A stretch of DNA of 64,000 bases from Octopus sinensis. Lineage: Eukaryota. The stretch covers positions 114,328,001 through 114,392,000 of the forward strand of contig NC_043000.1 in assembly GCF_006345805.1 (NCBI RefSeq). Reading direction: 5' to 3'. The notes beneath the pieces are model-generated. The model had not been told where the DNA came from and searched no databases. It saw only the letters and a program-made list of their open reading frames with translations. Shown here piece by piece: positions 1 to 10,966 of the stretch (the stretch's first letter is position 1; each line of letters begins with the position of its first letter). The position numbers and the translations under genes were made by a program.

Positions 1-254
1 CCAAACCATACCCACAACGCTATCAACATTAAAATCCTTAAATGATCAGATGCTGCCCACTGTTAACCGCATTTTATTCTGCCATTTGAAATTCTCAAAC
101 GCTATATTAACCTAATCCTCTGTTAATCCTCCACTTATCCACACACTGCAAAGTCAGGCCAGGATAATTAATTAACAATAACAACAGCAGGGGATTATGC
201 AGAAGGGGACTGTCGTTTAAATCAACTACTTGACTTCCTCCTCAATTTATCAAG

Positions 255-520
255 AGATGTGAGAAAGAAAGCCAAGACCGGACCTCAGGATAAATGATTG
301 CAACTAAATACAAGGTAGCTGTCACCATCCTGCTCTTTGTGTCTGCCTTTGATGGCAAGATGTCAAGCACAAGACCATAATTCAAGTGGTGAGAATACCC
401 AACTTGTAATTCTTTTATCAACTCACTTCGTTCTGATCATGTCAATATCCCTGGTGTTCAAGCTCACAATGTTAAGCAGGAAATGTAACAAAATACACTT
501 CTGCCATCCACTGCCTTTGT
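255..520 (-). mobile_element. Possible heavily decayed AP-endonuclease (LINE ORF2 N-terminus) remnant
   Basis: Minus-strand translation LNIVSLNTRDI...GRHKEQDGDSYLVFSC...GPVLAFFL loosely follows the APE pattern (I.swNvR.l ... gyt.f.sg ... GVgf). Stops and frameshifts are present. Confidence 0.3.
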
Positions 521-929
521 CCCCACCATCCTCACTGTCCCCCACCAACATGATTAACACTGATAGACGTAGCCATGTGAGAACTCTCTCCCCCTCAGGT
601 TATTGATCTTTTTATCAAGTGATGGCAGAGTAAGAAAAATAATTGGAATAAATGACAAGAACTGCAACCACAAAAGCAGAAGTGCCAACTGTTCAGGGAT
701 TCCAAGTTTTGTTGTTGTTGTTGATAATTGGGATCATCTGTTGTCTTGGATGCATCAGGCATGCCAAAAGTAGTTGCGAAGTGTGAGAGGTGGTATGGAA
801 GGAAGAAGAGAAGGGCTGTAGAATTGGAACTAAAAAGGAAGGAAATCTCCTAGAAAAATCTCCTAGAATCTTTAAAAATAGGTAAGAAAATACAACAAAA
901 AAAAAAGTAAAGAAAAGCAACAGCCAGAG

Positions 930-1580
930 AGACACCATGAGAGACCTAGAAACAGCTGACAAGTTCAGGTGCAGTCAGTCGGAAACTCTTCATACCAGAT
1001 GCCAGAAAGTTACAGGGGTCATCAGGAGAGAATGTGCACCATTTCAGGACCTTTTTCTCAACAGCTTTACAGCAAACAAGCCCCCACTCACTGATGTGAG
1101 ACCCCCACCTGTTTCAACTAACTGGTATCCAACCTCAAGTCCATTTCGTGATCATCACCTCTCCAACCAGGTTCTGTCATTCTTTTATAGCTATATCCAA
1201 TGGTTTCGCCCTCCCAGCTATCACCTGGATTTCCTTGAAGATGGCATTTGCTTGTCAATGCTGGACACCAATTGATAGTAGCCACTGTCTCAGTCTTGTC
1301 TCAATGAAACCCCTCCATCTAACTTCTACAGGAAAGTGTACTCTACTCCAACCAGCATCTAAATCTTGCAGTAGTGCCTCGTAATATTTAGACAGGCTGC
1401 ATCTAAATTGTCTTCATGGAGAACAGTAAAGTGTATTATATGCTCCTCACACCATAATGTCCGATCCAACTTCTTCCTTGTTAGTATTGGAAAGAGGGAA
1501 TCATACTCTACAACAGCTGCTGCTTCTTCCCATTGTTCATCATTCACAGCTTCTTCTCATTTAGATAACCATTTTGACCT
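930..1580 (-). mobile_element. Decayed 3' end of an RLE-type non-LTR retrotransposon (HERO/NeSL-like restriction-like endonuclease domain)
   Basis: Across frameshifts the minus strand gives LFPILTRKKLDRTLWCEE-IIHFTVLHEDNLDAA / KYYEALLQDLDAGWSRVHFPVEVRWRGFIETRLRQWLLSIG / KEIQVIAGRA / HWI*L*KNDRTW. This matches the PD..ELTVP.E...K..KY....GW...FPVEVGCRGF....ASHWIWLKR.D..W pattern. Confidence 0.78.
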
Positions 1581-1709
1581 TGACGGACAAACACGACAAA
1601 CCATTTACTGCTATCCTTCTGTGGTTTCTTGCTACCACTAATTGCTTCCACCTGACTACAGAAACTGCAGAAGACCTCATTCTGCCTCCATGTATGCCTT
1701 CTCAATGCC

Positions 1710-2126
1710 TATTTCTTTACTACCCACAAGGGGTTAAACACAGAGGGGACAAACAAGGACAGACAAACGGATTAAATCGATTACATCGACCCCAGTGCGT
1801 AACTGGTACTTAATTTATTGACCCTGAAAGGATGAAAGGCAAAGTCGACCTCGGCGGAATTTGATCTCAGAACGTAATGGCAGATGAAATACCTATTTCT
1901 TTACAACCCACAAGGGGCTAAATACAGAGGAGACAAACAAGGACAGACAAACAGATTAAGTTGATTATATCTACCCCAGTGCATAACTGGTACTTATTTA
2001 ATCGACCCCAAAAGGATGAAAGGCAAAGTCGACCTCGGTGGAATTTGAACTCAGAATGTAGCAGCAGACAAAATACCGCTAAGCATTTCGCCCGGCGTGC
2101 TTACGATTCTGCCAGCTCGCAGCCTT
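1710..2126 (-). mobile_element. tRNA-derived Meta-domain SINE, dimeric arrangement
   Basis: A/B-box head (GAGCTGGCAGAA...GAGTTCAAATTCC) plus Meta-like core GGTCGACTTTGCCTTTCATCCTTT..GGGTCGATTAAATAAGTACCAG. The B-box+core unit occurs twice in tandem. Confidence 0.85.
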
Positions 2127-2459
2127 ATACCTTTTTAATACCATTGTGCAGTTACATGGTATATGTTTTAGCATGCCAACTTTTCTGCAACTACATTTGT
2201 TGTCATTCGTTATTTTCTATCTCAGCAAATTGCACGGGGACAGCAGTGCATCAAAGGCTGCTTAAAGCAGGAAACTCAACCGTGATGTGTTCCATTTTCA
2301 GATCTCATCCCAACCCACCTTCCTTTCAGTAACCTTTTATTCCAATTTGGTTATCTGACCTTGCTTAGGGCACTGAATCAAATACACCAAATATATCTTG
2401 CATGTGAGACACAAGCACAAATGTGTAAGCTTGTGTGTATATATATTTATGCGTGTGTG

Positions 2460-2494
<35 letters not shown>

Positions 2495-3149
2495 ATTTCT
2501 ACAGGATGTGTATGAGTAACAGAGAGCACATTACAATGTGTGTACACATTGCTGCACTTTAGCCATAGGTCATGTTGACCCATGTAGGGGCTCCCTCAAT
2601 GGTCTGTTAATGCGTGACTTCTGTATGTGTTGATGTTATATATATAATATAGAGATAAAACCACAATTATGCAATTCAAACAATGATAGATATAAACCAA
2701 ATCATAAAGAAAAATAAAATATATTTTTATAAAACATATAACTAGATCTCAAAAAGAATAAAAATGAATAATCAATACATAATAAGTAAAAAAACCTAAT
2801 ATACTTCCTAATGTTATTATTATTATTATTATATATATATATATACATACGTACATATACATACGTTTCCGCTTTCGTGTGTGTGTGTATGTACAGACAC
2901 ATGCATACAGACATTCACAACATACACACATTATGAAGAAGGAAGAGGTGGTTGTGGTTGTGGTGGTAAAATACCTTTGATGTATTGATACAACATTGGC
3001 AAACAGGATCTGCTAACTGATTTCAATTCTCAGTTGCAGCTGTTCCTCTTATAATCACCAAATTGGGTGTAAAGCTAGATGAACATCACTGCTGCTACCC
3101 ACCACTGTTCTCGTGATGAAATTCCGGGTTGGATGCTTAAACAGTTTCA

Positions 3150-3800
3150 AATGTACGAGTGTGGCCGTGTGAGAATGTTATGCATGTGTGCACGTCCTGG
3201 TGCATGTGGTTATGAATATGCATGAATGTATCTGCTCAATGTGAGCAAATGTGCATGCATTTACACGAGTGTTAATGTATATTTGAATGAGGACACGTGA
3301 ATGCCTGCATGCATATCAATATGTGCATGGGTGTGTGCACATGTGTATGTGAATGTGTGCATGTATGTGTGTGCATGTATGTGAATGTGTATGTGAGTAC
3401 ATGCATGTGCATGAATGTGTAAGTGAATGTGTGCATGCACGTGAATGTGTGTGTATGCATGAATGTGTGTGTATGTGAATGTGAGCATGTACATGAATGC
3501 ATGCATGTACATGAATACATGTGTTTCTGTGAATGTGTTCATGTATGTGAATGTGTGTACAAGTACATAAATGTGTGCGTATACATGAATGTGAGCATGT
3601 ACATGAATATGTGCGTATACATGAATGTGTGTGTATACATGTGTATGTGAATGTGCATGTGAATGCTTGCACATGTATATGTAACTGAATCTGTGAACAT
3701 GTGATTCAGTGCACGTATGTGTATGCAAAAGTGAGCATGAGTATATGCATATGTTAATGTAAAAATGAATCTGTGGATATCTGCATGAATGTGTCAATCT
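3150..3800. repeat. Degenerate TG/CATG low-complexity tandem region
   Basis: Reiterated ATGTG(T/A)ATGTGTGTGCATG-like units. The H/T/M/C/V-rich ORFs here are artefacts. Confidence 0.9.
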
Positions 3801-4064
3801 GTGTGAATTGACTGGTTCCTAATTTTTGTATTCACCAAACCATGCCAGAAGAGGTAGGACAGGTTCTAGAATGTTTATATGTTTAATAAGGATCATTTAA
3901 GCAAATGCTTTTTTTTTTTAAATTCAAAGCCATCTTCCAACCACTTGACAGTGGAATGGAAGTAAGACCAATATGTAGTTAAGTGAACCTGAAGCAAGCA
4001 ATCGGAATAAACCTTGTCAAGGTACACAATGCAATACAATATCTGTCACCCAGCAAATTTTTAA

Positions 4065-4127
4065 AAAATAACAATACTATTATTATTAATAATAAGGTTA
4101 AAAATACTAAATACTACTACAATTAAT

Positions 4128-4194
<67 letters not shown>

Positions 4195-4258
4195 TAATTA
4201 AAAAAAATAATAATAATTAATAATAATAATAATGATAATAATAATTAATATTAATAAT
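4065..4258. repeat. (TAA)n microsatellite, contiguous with the tail of the adjacent SINE
   Basis: Long pure and interrupted AAT run. Confidence 0.95.
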
Positions 4259-4445
4259 CCTTTCTACTGGAAGCACAAGGCCCCATATTTGGGGGAAGGG
4301 ATTAAGTCGATTACATCGACCCCAGTGCGTAACTGGTTCTTATTTAATTGACTTTGGCAGAATTTGAATTCAGAACGTAGTGACGGGGGAAATACTGCTA
4401 AGCATTTCATCCAGTGTGCAAGTGATTCTGCCAGCTCACTGCCTT
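4259..4445 (-). mobile_element. Meta-domain SINE with (ATT)n tail
   Basis: Same head and core as 1710-2126. The 3' end reads ...GGCCTTGTGCTTCCAGTAGAAAGG(ATT)n on the minus strand. Confidence 0.8.
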
Positions 4446-4451
4446 AATAAT

Positions 4452-4808
4452 AACAAGAGCACACAGAGAGTGCAAACCTCCGCCAAGGTAGCACCAATGT
4501 CATCTCAACAATTAGCCAGAGAGAATTTTTAAAATGAGAACATCTGAAATAATCTCGACTGCTCTCACAAATGAGAATATTAAAAATGAACCCGACTGCT
4601 CTCAAAAATTAAGTAAAAAAACCTGAAAAATAATTCAGAATCCTTATCCAGTACCAGATCAATCCCAAAACCTAATCAGTTTGTGCCAAACATCCATGAA
4701 AGTTTCATCGGAATCCATCCAGTGGTCCTTAAGACATCTTGTCCAGGGACAAACAAACACACGACTGGAAACAATACCTCCACCTTCACTAAGGTGGAGG
4801 TAATAATA
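4452..4808. mobile_element. Non-autonomous DINE-1/Helentron-like element (HINE)
   Basis: Starts AACAAGAG, then a short hairpin GCAC-ACAGAGA-GTGC and subterminal ACCTCCGCCAAGG (4476-4488). The other end has ACAAACAAACACAC and a perfect 11-bp stem ACCTCCACCTT/AAGGTGGAGGT (4776-4801). This is the DINE-1-type architecture. Confidence 0.6.
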
Positions 4809-4959
4809 ATGAGTGAGAAAGCAACACATGCCATCAAAGTTACACTCAGGTACAAGTATACGAAGCCCAATATACCCATCATGACTACCCGTCTGATAAG
4901 GGTACATCAGACACATGCATCACAACCAGTTGGAATTTTCTTCAGGCCAAGTAGCCCAT

Positions 4960-5195
4960 CCTGCTCAAAAGGTCCCTGAATGAGGTTTTGTTTAAGGATG
5001 ATGCTCCCCCACTACTCCTGCTCATGGCCAGAGATGCACATATTGTCAACCCCTAAGTGACATGCTCCAATAGTTTTAGTCAAGCAAATTTGTAACCCTT
5101 CTTTTACACCAAGACAAAACATGTACATGAAAATACATCCAATCAGTTAAGATCAGAAGCCATGAGAGTTACAGCCTGGTACTGCATTAGTGCTT
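4960..5195 (+). mobile_element. Dispersed repeat fragment (unclassified SINE-like family; second copy at 27395-27800 minus)
   Basis: GGCCAGAGATGCACATATTGTCA..C.CTAAG.GACATGCTC...CAAGACAAAAC.TGTACATG matches the reverse complement of about 27470-27580. Confidence 0.6.
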
Positions 5196-5230
5196 CGTCG
5201 TCTTCTTCTTCTTATTATTATTATTATTAA

Positions 5231-5425
5231 GGCAGAAAGATGGCAGAATCATTAGCTCGCCTGGCAAAATAATTTGCAGTATTTCATCCGTCTTCATGTT
5301 CTAAGTTCAAATTCTGCCGAGGTTGACTTTGCCTTTCATCCTTTCAGGGTGATTAAATAAGTACCAGTTATGTAATCGACTTAATCCCTTGCCCTAAATT
5401 TGAGGCCTTGTACCAGTGAAAAGGA
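5231..5425 (+). mobile_element. Meta-domain SINE flanked by (ATT)n on both sides
   Basis: Head GGCAG.AAGATGGCAGAATC, B-box AAGTTCAAATTC, Meta core, tail AAAGG(ATT)n. The upstream flank is also (ATT)n. Confidence 0.8.
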
Positions 5426-5629
5426 TTATTATTATTATTTATTATTATTCATTATCAATTATTATTATTATTAATTATTATTATCATTATTTTGCTTCTC
5501 GGCTCTCTCATTTCACTTGCACCAGCTAATTCTGTAAGAGCAGACAACAAAGGTCCGACAGAGTCTTCTTCCAAGATATTTAACACCCAAGTACCAACTT
5601 CAAAATCATCATCATCATCATCATAAGAA

Positions 5630-6075
5630 AAGAAAAAAATGATGTCAGTTGATGGCTTAGTGTTACCGTTTGGAGAAGTAACGAAGGATGCTGAGGAAAA
5701 TGGATACAAGTATTTAGGAATACTAGAAGCTGACAAGATCAAAGAGATTGAAAGGAAAGAACTATTTGAAAAAATATATATCAGAGAAAACTAAAACTGG
5801 CGTGAAAGACAAAATTAAATGGAAGAAGAAGCATGATATTAGCAACAAATACACGAGTGATATCAGTAATGAGATACGAATCAAGGATTCTCAAATAAAA
5901 TAAGGAAGAACAGAAAACCTGCAAAGGTGTAAGAAAGGTGCAGAAGTTGATGACTAATGGGATACTACACCTGAAAAGAAATATTTATAGGGTTCACCTG
6001 CCCGTGAAAATATGGCAGAAGAGGTTTGATAATTTGTAAGGAACAAAAATGAAGTGAAGAGAGCAATCTATTGTT
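5630..6075 (+). mobile_element. Decayed R4/Dong-clade LINE reverse-transcriptase/thumb fragment
   Basis: Translation SVDGLVLPFGEVTKDAEENGYKYLGILEADKIKE...KLKLA*KTKLNG...ATNTRVISVMRY...KLMTNGILHLK matches the R4/Dong YKYLGILEAD...KSKLNG.N.I.AINT.AVS.MRY...LHP pattern. Confidence 0.8.
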
Positions 6076-6301
6076 AGTTGATGTAAAGGTCTTTGTCAAG
6101 GGGATCTTGTCTTGTGTGTTACTTGGTGATGTCACTGGTGCTAGTGCCACAAGAAAAGCACCCAGTACAATCAGTAAAGTAGTATTAGGAATGGTTGCCA
6201 GCCATAGAAACTATGCCAAAGCAGACATTGTAACTCAATGCAGACCTCTAAGCTCATCAGACTCTATCAAAGCATCCAACCCATGCCAGCATAGAAGGCA
6301 G

Positions 6302-6506
6302 CCCTTCAAGAATTTGGACCTGGAGATCTCCATTTCCAGTGACTTCGAGGGCCACCTCCCAGTGGTGTCGGGCATCAACAAAGAGCCCTCGACTACAACA
6401 AGACGACCAAAGGTTTTTTCTCCCAAGGTCTGGGGTCTCCCGCCCCTAAGCCCTAGACCATCACCTAATCACCCTTACCTGTCTTGTTGCTTAACAACAA
6501 CAACAA
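6302..6506 (+). mobile_element. 5'-truncated LINE 3' end with (CAA)n tail and a perfect 15-bp TSD
   Basis: CAGCATAGAAGGCAG occurs at 6287-6301 and 6507-6521. The GC-richer insert ends TGCTTAACAACAACAACAA. It interrupts a fragment of the (GAT)-tailed SINE-like family (about 6190-6530). Confidence 0.8.
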
Positions 6507-6529
6507 CAGCATAGAAGGCAGATGTTAAA

Positions 6530-6645
6530 TAAAGAGGATCTCACACACACACACACACACACAGTATCTGTCTACCAAATCCGCTCACAAGGCTTTGGTT
6601 GGCTGGAAGTTACAGTAGAAGACACTTGCCCAAGACCCATGTAGA
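6530..6645 (-). mobile_element. CORE-SINE fragment
   Basis: CTACCAAATCC.CTCACAAGGCTTTGG...GTAGAAGACACTTGCCCAAG is the reverse complement of the CORE motif CTTGGGCAAGTGTCTTCTAC. Confidence 0.7.
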
Positions 6646-7845
6646 AATTGTAGCTGTGTGCTTTACTCAAAAGCTTAACGGAATATGTGTCAGATCTCTT
6701 CAGGAAGAAATTTCAAATATGGAAACACACAAGGAATATTAATTAATGGTGAAACTAACCAGCTTATCAATCATAGAAACGCTTTGCTAAAATGTCTGGA
6801 GACTGACTCAGAATTAATTGAAGGTGAACTTTTAAGAAGATTATGTTAAACATCAATAAACAGTTTATTAGCCAGAACTTTAAGTAAATAGATAAATAAA
6901 TGACCAGATGAATGAATGACTAAGGAGAGAGAGGGGGGAGGGGGGAGAAAGTGATGACATTTATGTTCAAATCAATTAGACAAATTGCAGCAACCATTAG
7001 GCTGATGGTGATTCCTTAATCAGTAGACAAAATGTTGTCTGGATATAAGAAGAGCTTAATCATCTTATGGATAGTATTGGTAATTGGATTAAGACTGGTG
7101 GGTAGTGACAAGAAAGAAAGTGGATTGTTGGGCTTAATAAATGCCTGGCCAATATTTAAGTTACGTCCATTTATGTTCTGGCTGCATATACAGCCCAGGG
7201 GTTAACTTCCCCTTGAATCCCTCCTGGTTCAATTTAATTAACAATACCTCTTCCTTATAAATTTGTGTCTAAGTGGATTTGCTAAATGGATTATATACTT
7301 GCTGCCACGGGACAGTTACAATAACAATTATACTGGCTGCCTTTTGAAAAGGCATGAAGGTTGTAATTAGAAAATAAATCATGAAGTTGTGGTGTTCATG
7401 CCTTTCTTACAAGTGTTAGGATTGCCAAGAAAGCAAACTTGTATCAAACAAGAATCAAATGCAAACTGTAGTCTCCAAACACAGTTTTGCTTAGAAAACT
7501 TTAATAATAAGGTTTGTGTACTGCACACATATTTGCAGCAAAGCACAACAAACAAAAGTGCACATGCACGCACACAGATCCACACACACAGATCCCACTT
7601 TTTCCGCCTACAGGAAGATGAAAACTTTTATAGTAGACCCAGTATACCCCTGGAGTTTTCCAGCTGCAGGTGACCTATTATAATACAACATACAGCCAGA
7701 TAGTCACCTCAAAGTATATTACACACAGCCAGATCATAAATTTTCATCATATTGATTTAACTAAAATTGCGCCATATGGTTAAATATTAGCTCATAATTG
7801 GTCTCACAAGTTGCTTTTACTAAATATCTTGCTTTTACTAAATAT

Positions 7846-8295
7846 AGGTGCCGGCGTGGCTGTGTGGTAAGAAACTTGCTTCCCAATTACATGGTTCCAG
7901 GTTCAGACCCACTGCGTAGCACCTTGGGAAAGTGTATTCTACCATAACCTCAGGCCGACCAAAGCCTTGTGAGTAGATTTGGTAGACAGAAACTGAAGGA
8001 AGCCTGTCATATATATATATATAACCCTAGACTTTGCTTTCGTTATTTTTTCCTTCTGTTTTACATATGTGAATTACATGGATATGTTGTATGTGGAGTC
8101 TTATGTGTAGAAAATGGAAATAAACAGTCTTTAACTGCTATTTCTAATTTTTCGGTATGTGGCTAAGCAACCTGTTGCCTGCCCCTTTTTATTTATATAC
8201 AAATATATATATATTTGTGTGTGTGTTACTGTTTGTCCTCCCACCATCGCCTAACAACCGATGTTGGTGTGTTTACATTCCTGTAACTTAGTGGG
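7846..8295 (+). mobile_element. CORE-SINE (tRNA head, CORE, microsatellite linker, partial 3' half), interrupted
   Basis: GGCGTGGCTGTGTGGTAAG (A-box), GGTTCAGACCC (B-box), CCTTGGGAAAGTG (CORE). The 3' half resumes at about 8200. Confidence 0.75.
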
Positions 8296-8457
8296 GTTTT
8301 TTTTTTTACCAATGGACCCTTTTTGATTGCTATTTTACTCTACTGGATCCTCCAAGTCATTCAAGGTTTTAAAAATCCTATTGTATATTTAGAATTAAAT
8401 ATCATTTGGAATTGTATAAAAAAAAAAATCAAAATATTTTATGCATTTTAGCAGTTT

Positions 8458-8741
8458 CAGTTTTATATTTAAGAGATGAGGAATTATTTACATTATTTAT
8501 ATTATTTACATTTGACATATTAGTCCTCATCTTGTTTGTTAACACAATGTTTTGGCTGATACACCCTCCAGCCTTCATCAGGTGTCTTGGGGAATGAGAA
8601 CCTGGATTTTCATTCCTAAGGCATTTTTCGATATTATTGTTACTATTATTATTATTATTATTATTCAGGTCACTGCCTGGAATCGAACCTAGAATACTTG
8701 GGGTTAGTATCCTGTGCTCTTGACCACTATGCCATATACCC
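8458..8741 (-). mobile_element. tRNA-headed non-autonomous retroelement carrying a minimal hammerhead ribozyme motif (copy 1)
   Basis: Minus strand: A-box TGGCATAGTGG (8734-8724), B-box GGTTCGATTCC (8689-8679), (TAA)n, hammerhead-like motif, then a 3' end ...AATGTAAATAATTCCTCATCTCTTAAATATAAAACTG with no poly-A. Confidence 0.8.
8541..8586 (-). ncRNA. Minimal type-I hammerhead ribozyme motif, mutated (Penelope-type)
   Basis: GACAC-CUGAUGA-A-GGCUG-GAGGGUGUAU-CAGCC-AAAA-C-A-UU-GUGUU. Stem I ACAC/GUGU and stem II GGCUG/CAGCC are intact. GAAACGUU has become AAAACAUU through two CpG-type transitions. Confidence 0.65.
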
Positions 8742-9204
8742 ATGGGATATGTCATAGTTTATAACCAGTTTATTACACATAATTTTTTAACAGAGAAATC
8801 TTATATGGACCCCCAAGGGCCATTAGGACCCCATTCGAAAACCACTGATTTAAATGACAAGCGCACATTGCACAGATCCTTCAACCACTACATGCAGGTG
8901 GCCTCCATTACAGTGTTACTAACTCATTAATAGTTTGATATCAAATTCACTTGCATCTACAAACTATAGCCTTATCCTTATGGGGCATCAGTTTCTAAAT
9001 AGCCTGTACTACTCTCATGCAATTAATATTTGACTTTTTTTTTAGTGTGGGTATACATTTATTGCAAGTGTTGTTACTTAACCATACTTATTTACATTTC
9101 AGCAACTATGTTTGCTATGAGAACATGTAAGCTGATAGAAGAGAGTCAACATTTCAATCCTGCTTAAGATGAAGAAGAATTCTCAGTAACCAAAGATGAT
9201 AAAA

Positions 9205-9246
<42 letters not shown>

Positions 9247-10097
9247 TTCTGTGAATCTTACATCAACATTGTGCAGTGAAATGACCTTAGTGAAGGGTTC
9301 TCAGTATCCGTTTCACACAGCTGCCCAATCAGCTAAAACAGTCAGTCTTAAAGGCCACGGGAGAAATTAGAAGCAGGTAATAGCTTTTAAGGTGGATTAA
9401 TTACTAAAGGGAACATTATGCAAGGTTTTGTGGATGGTTGCCAAGGTGAACTATTTGTACTCCGATGTGGAGGAGCTCAATATGACATGTTCTGAAATTC
9501 ATGTTGAGGAAATAAAACAGACCACATGAAATTAAATCTGCTGAATAAAAGCAGTTCTTGTCTCAACCAACTGTAACTGATCACTTCTCATCATACATTA
9601 TGATATGTGAATGGATTATAAAGAAGAGACAGAGATAGAATTACTCTGGTAGTCAATAAACATACAGATATTCAACACAGTTCTGCATTTTTACACATAT
9701 TTTCAATAACATGAAGATTTACTTCCTTAGTAGTTTTTTGATGGAGGAAACCAGAGAAGACAATTTAAAATGCATGATGGAAGCTATCAAAATGGGATCC
9801 CTGTTCACTGTACATTCTCCGTGACACTAATCAGGAAAACATGACAGTTCTTCAATTTGATATATCCTGAGGTTGTGGTGAAAGATGTTGCTGACAATGT
9901 CAACTGCATCTGTGCACACAAACACAGAGAATAATCAAAAATTCTGTAGACTGTTTAATGAATGCAACATGCAATATGGAAAGTTAATAACAAAAAAGGG
10001 GTCAGTTAAGATCAGTTCTTCCACTTTACTCAGCCAATACATGCATTTATATCGGGTCAGGGAAACATACAAGTGAAAATTATGACATTTCTATTAA

Positions 10098-10514
10098 CCA
10101 ATTAAGTCCCAAATACTTAAATTTCTGAATATTACTTTTAAATTTTCACAAATGATTGGAAATAGGTTAAAATGAAAAAAATAATTATTAAAACTCCTTA
10201 ACTTCATCATCATCATCATCGTTTAACGTCCGTTCTCCATGCTAGCATGGGTTGGATGGTTCAACCGGGATCTGGGAAGCCAGAAGGCTGCACTAGGCTC
10301 CAGTCTGATCTGCCAGTGTTTCTACAGCTGGATGCCCTTCCTAACGCCAACCACTCCGTAGTGGGTGCTTTTTACGTGCCACTGGCACAGGTGCCAGGTG
10401 AGGCTAAGTAGAAATGGAAATACTCAGTGTCCTATAAATAGGGCACTGAGACAATGTGATATAGCTTATGTTCTCATTTAGTGTCCTATTTATAGGACAG
10501 TGGGACCTAATGGG
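10098..10514. mobile_element. piggyBac-like MITE with TTAA target duplication, interrupted by a SINE-like insertion
   Basis: TTAA|CCAATTAAGTCCC ... GGGACCTAATGGG|TTAA (TTAA at 10094-10097 and 10515-10518). Same family as 50703-50925 in the opposite orientation. Confidence 0.75.
10206..10406 (-). mobile_element. (GAT)n-tailed, 5'-truncated SINE-like family
   Basis: Sense strand carries GTGGCACGTAAAAAGCACCCACTAC.GAGTGGTTGGCGTTAGGAAGGGCATCCAGCTGTAGAAAC...CCCATGCTAGCATGGA.AACGGACGTTAAACGATGATGATG. Confidence 0.8.
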
Positions 10515-10966
10515 TTAAACTGAATGACAAAGAATGGTTTGAACAATGGCAGACGGACCTCACTGGTTATCTTCACATGTTAAACTTGAAGTGAGCTCCA
10601 AGCAAAAGACCAAATAATAATAATAATAATAATAATAGTAATGGACATATTTACACCAGTGTCAACACTCAAGACTAAACTTCAAGTCATGAGTGGTCAC
10701 TCACTTTAAGGGACTTCAATCTTTTACAAAGGTATTTAGCTTTTTCAACTCACATATAGTTTTTAAAGTTAATTAAATCATAAGAGATTAATTTGAGAAT
10801 CATCTCTGCCATTTCAAATCAAAGTGAACTCTTTTAGAAGATATAATTTGTTAATATCGGATGGAATTTATAGAAATACAATTGAACACAACCGAATTAA
10901 ATCTAGCAAAGAAATTTTTCTCAATATTTGGAACTACAAACCTTTGTGACTGAGCTTTTCTACTAC

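Larger units (their letters stand above)
8300..8847. mobile_element. Charlie/hAT-like MITE (one end lost), interrupted by the tRNA-hammerhead element
   Basis: Homologous to the intact copy at 24548-24827 (GGACCC.TTTGA...AAATCTTATATGGACCCC.AAGGG...AACCACTG) on both sides of the about 8450-8755 insert. Confidence 0.65.

Noticed and set aside
3261-3797. Long ORFs of 118-178 aa (also 25695-25974, 30746-31345, 49797-50266, 62986-63385, 63466-63983)
   Set aside because: They are translations of TG/AT/GA/GGT repeats that lack stops, with no domain signal.
7614-7669. Plus-strand exon-like segment (TTTTTCCGCCTACAG...CAG|GTGACC); also a 24-nt one at 9103-9126
   Set aside because: No recognisable peptide or partner exons, and antisense to LRCH. 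Such splice-like pairs arise by chance.
8679-8741. True tRNA genes (also 26828-26888, 58940-58998 and the SINE heads)
   Set aside because: A/B boxes are present but acceptor stems do not close, and each continues into a repeat body.
9770-10010. Possible decayed hAT transposase (VHC...VKDVADNVNCIC...NQKFCRLFNECNMQYGKL)
   Set aside because: The resemblance is loose, needs a frameshift, lacks the following RWLS motif, and no TIRs were found.
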